Below, piece by piece: positions 28,692-41,696 of a stretch of DNA of 64,000 nt. Each line of letters starts with the position of its first letter. Within the stretch, counting starts at the first letter, position 1. The notes beneath the pieces were generated by a model that worked only from the letters and a program-made list of their open reading frames with translations, was not told the origin of the DNA and did no database searches. The position numbers and the translations under genes were made by a program. The DNA comes from Candidatus Sericytochromatia bacterium (lineage in GTDB: Bacteria; Cyanobacteriota; Sericytochromatia; S15B-MN24; VGJW01), in the NCBI GenBank assembly GCA_035285865.1, contig JAYKHS010000011.1:96001-160000 (forward strand), written 5' to 3'.

Positions 28692-29134
28692 CTGGCCCCA
28701 GGATTCGACTTGGCGCAGTCCTGATTGAAAGTGGGCGACTCCTGCTGGTCCGCCATCGCAAAGAGGCGCGTACCTATTGGTTACTGCCAGGTGGCGGCCT
28801 GGAGTGCGGTGAGAGCATCGCCGAAGGACTCAAGCGCGAAGTCCGGGAAGAGACCGGATATGAAGCGGAATTTTCTCGGATTCTGGCGCTTGTCGAGACT
28901 CGGGCACCAGACGCCACGCGCCACATCATCCATGTGGTCGCCCTGATGATCCTCGGAACCAAGGGGGAGCGGAGCGATACCGATCCGAGACTGGATGGCC
29001 ACGAATGGTTCCGCGCAGCAGACCTCGAAGGACTCGATCTGCGTCCTGCGGTCAACGGCTGGCTTGCATCAGGTCTGTGCGAGGGCTGGTCGGACAGCGC
29101 GACCCACCTCATACCCGACTGGATTAACGACTAG
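28688..29134 (+). CDS. NUDIX hydrolase
   Basis: Nudix box GGGLECGESIAEGLKREVREETG; ATGA overlap with the upstream gene. Confidence 0.9.
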   Translation: MTGPRIRLGAVLIESGRLLLVRHRKEARTYWLLPGGGLECGESIAEGLKREVREETGYEAEFSRILALVETRAPDATRHIIHVVALMILGTKGERSDTDPRLDGHEWFRAADLEGLDLRPAVNGWLASGLCEGWSDSATHLIPDWIND

Positions 29135-29232
29135 AATAGTTATCCAAGTAAATCATAAACCCAGCACGACAGTGATCTTGCGAATTATTTTGACCAGCTC
29201 AGGCACTCAGCAAGGATAAAGATTAACCTCAC

Positions 29233-29982
29233 TCAAGATTTCAGTGAGACACCAATATTCCACTGCCGGAAGCTCATGAAGCGAGCCAGTTGGTCTGCAG
29301 TCACCGCAAGGGGTCCCTGCATCGAGTAGGGATCATTGATGATGAAACGATCGCCCTGAAGACCACTGACGAGAATGAAGTGGCCTCCGTCGAAAGGAAC
29401 GTACTGCTGGGGACTCAGGCCAGCATTGTACGCAGCAGGATTACCTGCCAGAACGATCAGTTCACCCTGTCTGACGGCCTGCTCCACGGCTGCCGGAGAC
29501 TCGACGTAACGAGTCTTGAGACCAACCGCCTCGGCACCACGCCGCACATCGACTTCACTGGTGAGTTCGAAGGGATCCTGCCGCCCCGTCATGGCCTGGC
29601 GCACCTGCATGACAAGCGCCTGACGATTGACCTGTGCGGGGACACGATGCAGGGCAAGCAGGGCCATCGCGAGAGAAGCCGGACCACAATTGGCCGTCGA
29701 GGAAGGCGCGTCCGGGTTGTAGCGCGGGTGGCGGACCTGGGCCACGAAGAACCGCTCGGGATCCCCAGCAGGCAGAACAACACCCGCAGACTGCGAACCG
29801 GGAACCCCTTGACCAACTGCCTTGTGACGCGCCGCGAGGCGCTCCAGAAGGTCCAGTCCCTCCTGCCGGTCTCCGGGCATCGAAGGCATCGCGGGAGTCG
29901 AAGGAACAGCACCACCCAAGGGCGTAGCCAAGCGCCCGAGGATACTTGAGGCGGAACCCTGTTGAATATATGGAGGCGTCAC
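29233..29982 (-). CDS. C39-like cysteine peptidase family protein
   Basis: NCGPASLAMAL, GHFILVSG and INDP supply Cys/His/Asp catalytic motifs. Confidence 0.8.
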   Translation of the reverse strand: MTPPYIQQGSASSILGRLATPLGGAVPSTPAMPSMPGDRQEGLDLLERLAARHKAVGQGVPGSQSAGVVLPAGDPERFFVAQVRHPRYNPDAPSSTANCGPASLAMALLALHRVPAQVNRQALVMQVRQAMTGRQDPFELTSEVDVRRGAEAVGLKTRYVESPAAVEQAVRQGELIVLAGNPAAYNAGLSPQQYVPFDGGHFILVSGLQGDRFIINDPYSMQGPLAVTADQLARFMSFRQWNIGVSLKS

Positions 29983-30153
29983 CAGATTATTGTCGCCCGG
30001 AGAAGGCTCGCTCGTGGTTAACGGGTGGTCAAGTTTGCATCAGAAATGGTCCGCGATTGCTCCTGTGGCAACAACAAGCCTCAAACCCAGTGGTGGCAGC
30101 CATTTCCATGGGCCGAGCCCTGGCCCCAGAAGAAGCGCTTGAGTCGCTTCAAA

Positions 30154-30181
30154 ACGTCGCATAAGATTAGTTATGTCAATA
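30154..30181 (+). other. dif-like XerC/XerD recombination site
   Basis: ACGTCGCATAA-GATTAG-TTATGTCAATA, 11-6-11 layout, compared with E. coli GGTGCGCATAA-TGTATA-TTATGTTAAAT; lies in AT-rich intergenic DNA. Confidence 0.8.
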
Positions 30182-30189
30182 AGACCGCC

Positions 30190-30620
30190 CCGCTCCACCT
30201 CTTCGGAGAACAGGCCGACCCTCGCTGTCGAGTTCGAGTTCGGGCGGCGTCCTTCGATGCTAATGCATTATGTCATCTCCGGGCGCATCGCCCTCGACCT
30301 ATGACTCGGCTTGCCATCAGAATTTGGTAGCCCCAGGCGCCATTCTGGAGAGCTGATGTCCGAAACCTAAGTGACGCAAGCGCTTTAGCCCATCCAGCCC
30401 TGATTCGGGTCGGCCGGAGCCTGCGGCAAGCGCGAATCCTGTCATCAGCCGGCCCCTTCCAGAGGGTCAATGGCCGCCCCTATCTGGAGCCGCACCATGC
30501 CACCAGGGTCTCGTCGGCCGGTCTTGACCACCCCCGTTTCGTCGGTGCGATCTGCCCGACGTGGCATCGCGAGATTCATCACGGCCAAATGGCAAGCAAC
30601 GAAATGCTGAATTGGTCAGT
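30190..30620 (+). pseudogene. McrA-like HNH endonuclease remnant
   Basis: GRPYLEPHH...DHPRFVGAICPTWHREIHHG from 30472; ACGKRESCHQPAP in another frame just upstream; no intact start; two zinc-ligand Cys replaced. The 5' boundary is approximate. Confidence 0.75.
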
Positions 30621-30895
30621 TGCCCGGCCGGAATCGAGCCGCACGACCGAAGCAGACATCAGGGTCCAGCGAGATGCGCCCCATGGACCTGAATCTCAAG
30701 AGTCGGGCAACCTCTCCGTGGGCACGAGCCCGAATCGCCACGGTCGAAAAACTAACCACAACATTAGTTAACCAATGCAGCCATTCACCAAGAACATTAT
30801 CGGCAGCCCAACCCATGCTCTCCATCTTGAGTAATCATAAATCCACCTAATCATGAACCTGAGAAACTATTCAGTCATATCACCCAACAATGAAA

Positions 30896-30925
30896 GCCCC
30901 CGACTCCTTCTCGGGAGTCGGGGGC
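30896..30925 (-). terminator. Intrinsic terminator of the 30950-31240 gene
   Basis: 12-bp stem GCCCCCGACTCC/GGAGTCGGGGGC followed on the minus strand by TTTCATTGTT. Confidence 0.8.
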
Positions 30926-30949
30926 GTGATGCCATCGCGGGCGGACTGG

Positions 30950-31240
30950 CTACAGGCCGGGGGGATTCTTCCGCTCAGCCACGGGAGAGGACGTCGCCAC
31001 CTTCGGACCGGCCATCTCCTCGAACGCGCTGATTCGGTTACGGAGATAGTAGAGGGTCTTCAGGCCACGGGTGAAGACATCCTTCAGGTTGCCGGAAGAG
31101 TGCTCGAACTTCGCCAGATCATTACGCTGGTTGGCCTCCTCCACAAGGTCGATCTCGACCAGGCCTCGGATGAAGTCCTTCTCGAGAGCGTTGATCTGCC
31201 GATGGATGACCTCGACGTTCTCGGCGTGATTGGCTGCCAT
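30950..31240 (-). CDS. Small helical hypothetical protein (96 aa)
   Basis: GGAAGGAAGG before ATG 31240, GC-rich third codon positions, own terminator. Confidence 0.75.
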   Translation of the reverse strand: MAANHAENVEVIHRQINALEKDFIRGLVEIDLVEEANQRNDLAKFEHSSGNLKDVFTRGLKTLYYLRNRISAFEEMAGPKVATSSPVAERKNPPGL

Positions 31241-31432
31241 GTCTGCCTTCCTTCCGAAGCGGAATGTGCGTTTCATCTTGCTGGAGTATAGGGATTGACG
31301 GCAGGCGAACGGCCGGGATTATGTCAATCGTGACCGCCGCCACGACGAACAGCCAGCCTTGGCCGCGACGACGGTGGCCCCGAAACGGAGGGGATGCAGG
31401 ATCAAGTGGTACCCCGCTGTCAGGAAGGGCCC

Positions 31433-32164
31433 ATGATGCGATACACCAGACCCGACCGAATGCTGCCGGTCCTGCTCGGCCTCTCAGGCTGCCTTGGCGG
31501 CGCCGAGCCCCCCCCGGTGGCGAGTGTCGCTGTGCCCGAGACGACCTCGCGCTCGCGCACGGCCATTGGCTGCGGGGACTGGACGCTGGAGAGCGGGCCC
31601 GGCACCTCGCTGTCACTCTACCGCGGAGCCCGCAGCCTCTCCGTCGACCTCTTCCCCGATGAGATCTCCGGGGGTGCCAGCCTGCGCCCCGGAACGCCGG
31701 TTGCCGACATGAGTCTCGTCTCCAGCGTGGTGCTGGCGTCGGAGTTGCCGGAGGGAGCACGCATAGAGTGGGGCCTGCACGATGGATCCGACCGCCTGCC
31801 CAAGGCTGCGATCAGGTTGGAGCGCGAGGGCATTCCATCCGTAAGGCTGCTGCGACAGGCCAGACCCGGTGAGGCGGCCACGATTGATGGCCTCGTCGTC
31901 GAGGCACAACGCCTCGAGGCGACCCGCGGCACCGTGGTCCTACAGCGCCGAGGCCCATCGGTCCTGCTCAAGGCCCTGTGGGGCCGGGCCACCATGGTCC
32001 AGCGCGCTGAGATCGGCAGTGCACCGCTCGAGCTTTCCGTATCCCTGTCGTGGCCGAGAGGTGCCGACAAGGCGAGGGGACGCAGCATCGGCCTGCTGTT
32101 CGAGCGCCTCGAAGTGCAAGACACGAGCGGGCGCATCACCCAAGACGTCCTGGCCTGCCCGTGA
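31433..32164 (+). CDS. Hypothetical lipoprotein
   Basis: AGGAAGG SD; lipobox LSGC. Confidence 0.6.
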   Translation: MMRYTRPDRMLPVLLGLSGCLGGAEPPPVASVAVPETTSRSRTAIGCGDWTLESGPGTSLSLYRGARSLSVDLFPDEISGGASLRPGTPVADMSLVSSVVLASELPEGARIEWGLHDGSDRLPKAAIRLEREGIPSVRLLRQARPGEAATIDGLVVEAQRLEATRGTVVLQRRGPSVLLKALWGRATMVQRAEIGSAPLELSVSLSWPRGADKARGRSIGLLFERLEVQDTSGRITQDVLACP

Positions 32165-32170
32165 CCCCTG

Positions 32171-33394
32171 TCAGCGCACGAGCGCCTGTACGGCAGCCAG
32201 TGCATCGATGCGGCCGGCACCGAACGCGGTATCGAAGCCCGGCTCACCGAGATCCACCGAGGTCTTTCGAATGTGCTCGGCCACCTCGGCGGCCGTCCAC
32301 TCCGGCCTGAGATTCCAGACCATGGAAGCCAACGCCGCAACCAACGGAGTGGCCATCGAGGTCCCTGACAAGACCTGATACTTGTCATAGCGATCGGTTG
32401 AAAGAATCTTGGATCCGGGGGCTGTGACGCTGATGTGGCTGCCACGATTCGAGAACCCGGATCGGGTGTCGTCCGCGCGGGTTGAACCCACCGCGAGGAC
32501 ACCGGGGTAGGCTGCCGGATAGCTCGGTTCGTCGCTGTCCTCATTGCCCATGGCGGCAACGACGAGGACACCCTCGCCGACGGCCCACTTGATGGCCTGT
32601 GACAGCGTGAAGTTCTTCTGGGGGGCACCAAGTGACAGGCTGACGACCTTGGCGCCCCGGTCGACGGCATGCACGATGCCCTGAGCAATCTGGTCGTAGG
32701 TCCCCATGCCTTCCCAGTCCAGAGCCTTGACGACCAGCACCGGGGTATCGGGCGCACCGCCTGCGACACCAACGCCATTCCCGGTAGCAGCGCCGACGAT
32801 ACCGGCACAGTGCGTGCCGTGGAAGTGGTCATCCTTGGGATCCGGATCCTGATTGACGAAGTCCCAGCCGGATACAACCTTGTCCTTCAGGTCCTCGTGG
32901 CGAATGTCCGCACCGGTATCGACGACGGCAACCGACCGCCGAGAACCTCCTCGGGCAAGGGTCCAAGCCTCGGGAAAGCGGCACTTGCCGAGGGCCCACT
33001 GCTCACCAAGCATGGGATCGTCCGCGGCGCGCAAGCTGAAGGAGGGGGGACGTACCGAGGGAGGCTCATCCTGCCTCGGCAGTCCGAGACCTGCACGCCC
33101 GTTCGGCTCGGCCCAAGCCGCGCCCGGCAAGTGACGCGCACGCGCAGCGAACGCCGCCGGGTCGGCTGCGGCGTATACTTCCAAGCCGAGGCGCGCCACA
33201 CGCCGGACAGGCGCCACACCCATCGCCTTGCGGCCTTGCACGGCCAACGCACCGGGTGCCCACGCCACGACGACCTCCCGGACGGAAGTGGCCTGAACCC
33301 GGGAGCCTGAGGCGGCCAGCGGCGTTCTTGCAGCAGGAAGACTGCCGCAGCCGACCAGGCCCAGCAAGGTCAAGGCGATGAAACGATTCACCAA
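32171..33394 (-). CDS. S8 subtilisin-like serine protease, lipoprotein
   Basis: Lipobox LVGC; VAVVDTG, HGTHCAG, GTSMATP triad. Confidence 0.93.
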   Translation of the reverse strand: MVNRFIALTLLGLVGCGSLPAARTPLAASGSRVQATSVREVVVAWAPGALAVQGRKAMGVAPVRRVARLGLEVYAAADPAAFAARARHLPGAAWAEPNGRAGLGLPRQDEPPSVRPPSFSLRAADDPMLGEQWALGKCRFPEAWTLARGGSRRSVAVVDTGADIRHEDLKDKVVSGWDFVNQDPDPKDDHFHGTHCAGIVGAATGNGVGVAGGAPDTPVLVVKALDWEGMGTYDQIAQGIVHAVDRGAKVVSLSLGAPQKNFTLSQAIKWAVGEGVLVVAAMGNEDSDEPSYPAAYPGVLAVGSTRADDTRSGFSNRGSHISVTAPGSKILSTDRYDKYQVLSGTSMATPLVAALASMVWNLRPEWTAAEVAEHIRKTSVDLGEPGFDTAFGAGRIDALAAVQALVR

Positions 33395-33497
33395 GGACGC
33401 CTCCAGAACAAACGGCGAACAGGTCTTGTAAAGAACGGTTTAACATTGGAATAATAACCTTATAACCGACCTGATACAAGTCCCCCCGAGGTAGCCG

Positions 33498-35786
33498 ATG
33501 GCCGTCCAGCAACCGACCCGTGAGGAGCCTGCGACGGCTTTCCGTCCCTACATCCCGGATCATGCATCACTGCGCGAGTTCGGTATCCTGCCCCTCCTCG
33601 TGGGGACCCTGCTCGGTGCCGTGTTCGGGGCCTCGTCCCTCTATCTGGTGCTCAAGGTCGGTCTCACCGTTTCAGCCTCCATCCCGGTTGCCGTGCTCTC
33701 CATAGCGCTGTTCCGACTGCTGGGCAAGTTCGGTGTCCGTCCGGCAACCATCCTCGAGAACAACCTTGTCCAGACCGCGGGCTCGGCTGGTGAGTCCATC
33801 GCCTTCGGGGTTGGGGTCACGATGCCGGCCATCCTGATTCTGGGCTTCGACCTCGAGCTCACGCGCGTGATGCTGGTGGCCACGCTGGGCGGGTTGCTCG
33901 GCATCATGCTGATGATTCCGCTTCGCAGGGCACTCATCGTCAAGCAGCATGGCGTGCTTGCCTACCCCGAGGGCACGGCCTGTGCCGAGGTCCTGAAGGC
34001 AGCAGCCTCGCCCGAGTCCCGTGCAGCCGCATCCGGGGCAGAAGGTGCGACAACGACGTCGGTGACAGACCCGGCCAGTGCACGGGCCATCTTCGGGGGG
34101 TTCGGCCTGGGCTTCGTGTACCAGATCCTGATGCTGGGCCTGAAAGGCTGGAAGGAAGTTCCGGAGAGGGTCTTCGGTGCCCCGCTGGCCGGTGGTTCCG
34201 TCGGTGCGGAGGTCTCGCCCGCCCTGCTGGGCGTCGGCTACATCATCGGTCCCCGGGTGGCCGCCGTGATGACCGCAGGCGGCGTGCTGGCATACCTGGT
34301 CTTCATCCCGGCCATCCGCTACTTCGGAGGCTCGGGCATCATTCCGCCCGGTCTGGTGCCCATCGACAGCATGGCGCCGGGGCAGATCCGCGGAACCTAT
34401 CTGCTGTACATCGGAGCCGGAGCCGTGGCCACCGGTGGCATCATCAGCCTGTTCCGCTCCCTGCCCCTGATCGGCCACAGCATCCTTGCCGGACTCGATG
34501 ACCTGCGCGGCAGCCGGGAGGCGGGCTCGGAGGCCGTGCGACCCCGAACCGACCGGGACCTTCCGCTGGGTCTCGTGCTTGGCGGAATCCTGTTGCTGAT
34601 CGCCGGCATCCTTGCCGCGCCATCCCTGCATATGAACCTGCTAGGCGCCCTGATGATCCTGCTCTTCGGAGCCCTCTTCGCGACCGTTTCGTCGCGCATC
34701 ACGGGCGAGATCGGCTCCTCGTCGAACCCCATCTCGGGCATGACGGTGGCGACCCTGTTGCTGACCTGCCTGGTCTTTCTCGGCCTTGGCTGGACCAGCC
34801 ACAACGACTACGTCACGGCCCTGTCGGTCGGTGCCATCGTCTGCATCGCCGCATCCAATGCCGGCACGACCTCTCAGGACCTCAAGACCGGCCACCTCGT
34901 CGGAGCCACGCCGCGCCTCCAGCAGATTGCCATCCTCTTCGGGGCCTTCGCTTCGGCCCTTGCGCTGGGCCCCGTACTGCTCGGACTCAATCAGGCCGCG
35001 ACGGTCTACGTCCCCCAGAAGGTCGTGCTCACGGAAGGAGCCAGCACCAGCGTCCGGGTGGCCTTCCCGGAAGGCTTCCGGGCTCCTGTGGGCGAATTGG
35101 GCAATGAGGAGCGCCTCGAAGGCCCGCAAGCAGTCGACGACAGGGCGACCTACCGCGTCTGGCAGCAGCAGGATCCCGATCGAGGGCCTGTCGGCAAGTA
35201 CCTCTGCCGCGAAGATGGAACCGTGACCTGGCTCGTGGATCCCGGCATCAACGGCAGTTGGGACCGGCGACCGGACGGTACGACGGTAGCCAAGTACGAT
35301 GCCCCGAAGGCCACGCTGATGAGCTACATCATCAAGGGAATCCTCAATCGGGAGCTGCCTTGGACCCTGGTGATTCTCGGTGGCTTCGTCAGCATCGTCC
35401 TCGAACTGGCGGGCATTCCCTCCCTCGCCTTTGCCGTCGGCCTGTACCTGCCTCTGGCGGCCTCGGTGCCCATCATGGTCGGTGGCGCCATCCGCTGGTG
35501 GGTCGATCGACGCAAGCCAGCGCTCGAGGGCGATGCTGACGAGGGCAGTCCCGGCGTCCTTCTGGCCTCTGGCTACATTGCCGGTGGTGCATTGGCCGGA
35601 ATCGTCATCGCCTTCCTCGCAGGCGTGACGCAGGCCTTCTCGGCCTCGGTCGAGGAGTGGTCGACCGAGCACAACCCGTTCTTCGCGGGCCCATGGTCGG
35701 ACGCCCTGTCGCTCCTGCCGTTTGGCCTCCTGGCATTGCTGCTGCTCAACGTCGCTTCCCGCCGACCGAACAGCCCTCGCGCCTAG
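33498..35786 (+). CDS. OPT-family oligopeptide transporter
   Basis: LKVGLTVSASIP, ENNLVQTAGSAGES, YPEGTACAEVL, SSNPISGM, SQDLKTG. Confidence 0.93.
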   Translation: MAVQQPTREEPATAFRPYIPDHASLREFGILPLLVGTLLGAVFGASSLYLVLKVGLTVSASIPVAVLSIALFRLLGKFGVRPATILENNLVQTAGSAGESIAFGVGVTMPAILILGFDLELTRVMLVATLGGLLGIMLMIPLRRALIVKQHGVLAYPEGTACAEVLKAAASPESRAAASGAEGATTTSVTDPASARAIFGGFGLGFVYQILMLGLKGWKEVPERVFGAPLAGGSVGAEVSPALLGVGYIIGPRVAAVMTAGGVLAYLVFIPAIRYFGGSGIIPPGLVPIDSMAPGQIRGTYLLYIGAGAVATGGIISLFRSLPLIGHSILAGLDDLRGSREAGSEAVRPRTDRDLPLGLVLGGILLLIAGILAAPSLHMNLLGALMILLFGALFATVSSRITGEIGSSSNPISGMTVATLLLTCLVFLGLGWTSHNDYVTALSVGAIVCIAASNAGTTSQDLKTGHLVGATPRLQQIAILFGAFASALALGPVLLGLNQAATVYVPQKVVLTEGASTSVRVAFPEGFRAPVGELGNEERLEGPQAVDDRATYRVWQQQDPDRGPVGKYLCREDGTVTWLVDPGINGSWDRRPDGTTVAKYDAPKATLMSYIIKGILNRELPWTLVILGGFVSIVLELAGIPSLAFAVGLYLPLAASVPIMVGGAIRWWVDRRKPALEGDADEGSPGVLLASGYIAGGALAGIVIAFLAGVTQAFSASVEEWSTEHNPFFAGPWSDALSLLPFGLLALLLLNVASRRPNSPRA

Positions 35787-35828
35787 ACCGATCGCGGGCC
35801 ATGCTCCCCTCTATCGGGGGGCATCGGC

Positions 35829-37412
35829 ATGGCCCGTGACGTCTTCTACTCGATCCGCCTGGGATCCTTTCAGGATAGCGACGGCGATGGCATCGGGGAT
35901 CTGGGCGGCCTGATCGGGCGCCTCGATCACCTCGTGTCGCTGGGCGTGACGGTCATCTGGTTGCTGCCGATACATCCTTCGCCCGGACGTGATGATGGCT
36001 ATGATGTCAGCGACTACCTGGAAGTGGACGCCCGATATGGCAGTCCCGAGGACTTCAGGAAGCTGGTCGCGGCCGTCCACGCACGCGGCCTTCGCCTGAT
36101 CCTCGATCTGGTCCTCAACCACACGTCGCGTGCGCATCCGTGGTTCGTGCGTGCGCGCCATGCGCCATCTGACCATCCCGACCGCGCCTGGTACGTCTGG
36201 AGTCCGACCCCGGATCGCTACCCGCAGGCAAGAGTCATCTTCGCCGAGGAGGAACCTGCCAACTGGTCATGGGATCCAGTGGCCGGCGCCTGGTATTGGC
36301 ACCGGTTCTATCGGGAGCAGCCTGACCTCAACTGGGAACATCCCCCGGTGCGTGCGGCGATGCTGCACGTGATCGACCATTGGCTGGATCAGGGCGTGGA
36401 CGGTTTTCGCCTCGACGCCCTGCCCTACCTGCATGAGGCAGAGGACAGCCCATGCGAGGGCCTGCCGGAGACCCATGCCACGCTGCAGGCAATCGCCCGC
36501 CATGTCCGGGCGCGGCGGAAGGACGCCATCCTGCTGGGGGAGGCCAACGGTAGCCTCGAGGGCATCCGCACCTACTTCGGCCACGGGCAGGGCTGCAGCC
36601 ACATGCTGCACTTCCGGCGCATGACCGCCACCTATCTTGCGGTGGCCCGCGAGGCGGCAGAGCCACTGGCTGCTGTCCTCGGAACCGAAGGCCGCCCCCC
36701 GGCAGGCTGCCGCTGGGCAACCTTCCTGCGCAACCATGACGAACTCACGACCGAGCATCTGTCGGATGCCGATCGAGAACTCCTCCTGGCTCGATTCGCA
36801 CCACGCGGAGGCCAGCGACGGTTTGGCGGGATTCGCAGGCGACTCGCACCCCTAGCGGGTGATGCGAGGCTATGGCAGTTGCTTCACGCCCTCTGGCTGC
36901 TTTCCCCAGGCGACCCCGTCCTCTGGTACGGGGACGAGATTGCCATGGGGGACGCCCCCGGCCTCCCGGACCGCATGAGCGTCAGGACACCGATGTTGTG
37001 GGACGAGGGAGCATCCGCAGGCTTCACGACGGCCCGTGAAGAAGACCTGCCGCTGCCGCTTGCCCGTGCACGTGGCGGGCCTGTGTCCATCCAGGCGACC
37101 GCCACACGGTCTGCGCTGGGCTTCGTGCGACAGTTGCTCGCCATCCGCAGGGCCCATCCCGAGATCGAGGACGGCAGGCGCCGAATCGAGCACGCCGGTT
37201 CGCTTCTGGTCGTGAGCCCCCCGGCCGGTGCGTCAGGGTTGCTGGTCGTCGCATGGGTCGGAAGGACAGGAGGCGTCGTGGATCATGCCCTCGAGGTCGG
37301 CTCGGATGCGCGGGTGGAGCGTTTGATCGGAGGCCGGACTCTGACCCTTGTCGGAGGCAAGCTGCATGGGCGAATGGGACCTTGGGGCCTTGCGGTGCTT
37401 GCCGTGCGGTAG
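35829..37412 (+). CDS. GH13 alpha-amylase family, trehalose synthase (TreS)-like
   Basis: [48 protein letters not shown]. Confidence 0.85.
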   Translation: MARDVFYSIRLGSFQDSDGDGIGDLGGLIGRLDHLVSLGVTVIWLLPIHPSPGRDDGYDVSDYLEVDARYGSPEDFRKLVAAVHARGLRLILDLVLNHTSRAHPWFVRARHAPSDHPDRAWYVWSPTPDRYPQARVIFAEEEPANWSWDPVAGAWYWHRFYREQPDLNWEHPPVRAAMLHVIDHWLDQGVDGFRLDALPYLHEAEDSPCEGLPETHATLQAIARHVRARRKDAILLGEANGSLEGIRTYFGHGQGCSHMLHFRRMTATYLAVAREAAEPLAAVLGTEGRPPAGCRWATFLRNHDELTTEHLSDADRELLLARFAPRGGQRRFGGIRRRLAPLAGDARLWQLLHALWLLSPGDPVLWYGDEIAMGDAPGLPDRMSVRTPMLWDEGASAGFTTAREEDLPLPLARARGGPVSIQATATRSALGFVRQLLAIRRAHPEIEDGRRRIEHAGSLLVVSPPAGASGLLVVAWVGRTGGVVDHALEVGSDARVERLIGGRTLTLVGGKLHGRMGPWGLAVLAVR

Positions 37413-37447
37413 AATCGAGCAGTTGTTGCACGACTCAGGAGAGCCCG

Positions 37448-40171
<2,724 letters not shown>

Positions 40172-40187
40172 GACGACGCCTCGGTCG

Positions 40188-40229
40188 GCAGCACGGCCCC
40201 TTGGAGGACACTCCGGGGGGCCGTGCTGC
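40188..40229 (+). terminator. Long hairpin after acnA, probable terminator
   Basis: GCAGCACGGCCCC-TT-GGAG-(GACA)-CTCC-GG-GGGGCCGTGCTGC, about 19 bp with two G-U pairs; no U tract. Confidence 0.6.
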
Positions 40230-40274
40230 TCCCGGTCATCCGGCATGGAGGCAAGAGGCCCCTGGCCAACGAGA

Positions 40275-40304
40275 AGCGGGGCCCCTCATCCGAGGTGCCC
40301 CGCT
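40275..40304 (-). terminator. Hairpin downstream of the second S8 gene
   Basis: AGCGGGGC-C-CCTC-ATCC-GAGG-T-GCCCCGCT between convergent genes. Confidence 0.5.
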
Positions 40305-40325
40305 ATCCTTGGGCAGGCCTGCGGC

Positions 40326-41576
40326 CTACTTCATGACTGCCTTGTAGGCATCGACACGACCAGCGCCCGAGTTAGAGTCCGGGCCGGGATTGTCGATGTC
40401 GATGGCCGTCGAAACCAGCCGGTCCTTGATGACCTTGGGGCTGCGCTCGATGCCGCGTCCGAGCATCAGGGCCATCACGCCAGCGGTGATCGGCGTCGAG
40501 AAGGAGGTTCCATTGGTGGAGCCATAGCCGCCACCCATCTTCAGCGTGAAGATGTTGACGCCCGGGGCCGCAACGGAGCACCAGCTGCCACGGGTGGAGA
40601 AGTCCGCCACCCGATCCTTGTTGTCCGTCGCGCCGACCGCGATCAGGTCAGGGACTTCATTGCCGGCGAAAGCCGAGGGGACATTTTTGCTGACCGTGCC
40701 CGTGTTGCCCATCGAACAGGCCATGGGAGTGCCCTTGGCCATCACGGCCTCGGCTGCGCGCTTCGTCGCCTGGACGGCCGTGGGGTACTCGGCCATGTTC
40801 GGCTTGAACGAGAGGCTCATCGTGATCATGTCGGCATTGTCCGCGGCCCACAGCATCGCTTCGCATACGGAAGAAGCCGAGTTGCCAACCTTGACCGGGA
40901 CAATCCGGGCGTTCGGAGCGACACCGGAGATGCCCTTGCCGTTGTTGGAAACAGCACCGACAAGCCCTGCCGTCATCGTGCCGTGGCCCTGGCCATCCTG
41001 CGGGGGACGACCGGGCTGATCGAAGTTGGCTCCCTCCTCAAGGACGCCCTGAAGGTCGGGATGCTTGAGGTCGACGCCCGTATCGACGACAGCGACCTTC
41101 ACGGTCCTGAGATTGCCGGCCTCGGCCCAGATCTTGGGAATGCCCATGGTGTCGAGGTACCACTGGTCCTTGCGATTGGGGTCAGCGTCCGAGTAGGCGC
41201 GGAAGCCGGGGAGGGCAACCGCCTCCTGCATCACGGGGATGTCCACCTCGGGCATGAGTTCGGACTCAACGAAGCTTACACCGGGCAAGGATGCGAGACG
41301 CTGCCGGGCCTTTGTCAGGTTACCCTGGACCTCGAAGACCTCCATCGCGAGCCGCGGCATCTTCTTGACGGAGGCAACGCCAGCGCCCTGGACGAGGGCA
41401 GCGGACCGCGCCGCCGTGGCGCCGTCCTTGAAGCCGACGATGAGGCGGCGCGCGAAGACAGCGCGAGCACCCATCAGGCTCGTGTCCTGCTTCATGCCGG
41501 TGACGGCAGGGGTCTGGACGCCGCAACCGACGAGCGTGACGGCGAGCAGGCCAAGGGCGCGGGACTTCAGGTTCAA
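40326..41576 (-). CDS. S8 subtilisin-like serine protease, lipoprotein
   Basis: GAGGAG SD with TTG start; lipobox LVGC; VAVVDTG, HGTMTAG, GTSFSTP. Confidence 0.93.
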   Translation of the reverse strand: MNLKSRALGLLAVTLVGCGVQTPAVTGMKQDTSLMGARAVFARRLIVGFKDGATAARSAALVQGAGVASVKKMPRLAMEVFEVQGNLTKARQRLASLPGVSFVESELMPEVDIPVMQEAVALPGFRAYSDADPNRKDQWYLDTMGIPKIWAEAGNLRTVKVAVVDTGVDLKHPDLQGVLEEGANFDQPGRPPQDGQGHGTMTAGLVGAVSNNGKGISGVAPNARIVPVKVGNSASSVCEAMLWAADNADMITMSLSFKPNMAEYPTAVQATKRAAEAVMAKGTPMACSMGNTGTVSKNVPSAFAGNEVPDLIAVGATDNKDRVADFSTRGSWCSVAAPGVNIFTLKMGGGYGSTNGTSFSTPITAGVMALMLGRGIERSPKVIKDRLVSTAIDIDNPGPDSNSGAGRVDAYKAVMK

Positions 41577-41696
41577 GGCGGTTCTCCTCAGCCGGGGGAC
41601 ACGAGAGGTAAAGGCTGAGTGAACTATAGACCAAAGAATGCTTGAACTTGCCTGTTTGGCAGCTGTTATTTCAAATTTCGGCTGCCGTCGCGGGAT

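Noticed and set aside
30700..30770. Hairpins TCGGGC/GCCCGA and AACTAA/TTAGTT as a riboswitch or ncRNA
   Set aside because: No match to a consensus I recognise and no suitably placed downstream gene; a covariance-model search would settle it.
30025..30850. Short ORFs 30025-30330, 30589-30771 and 30616-30825 as genes
   Set aside because: Atypical codon use; they overlap dif or the HNH remnant.
31319..31328. Second copy of TTATGTCAAT (XerD arm) as a second dif/att site
   Set aside because: No XerC-like arm at the right spacing; it is better explained as part of the local inverted repeat.
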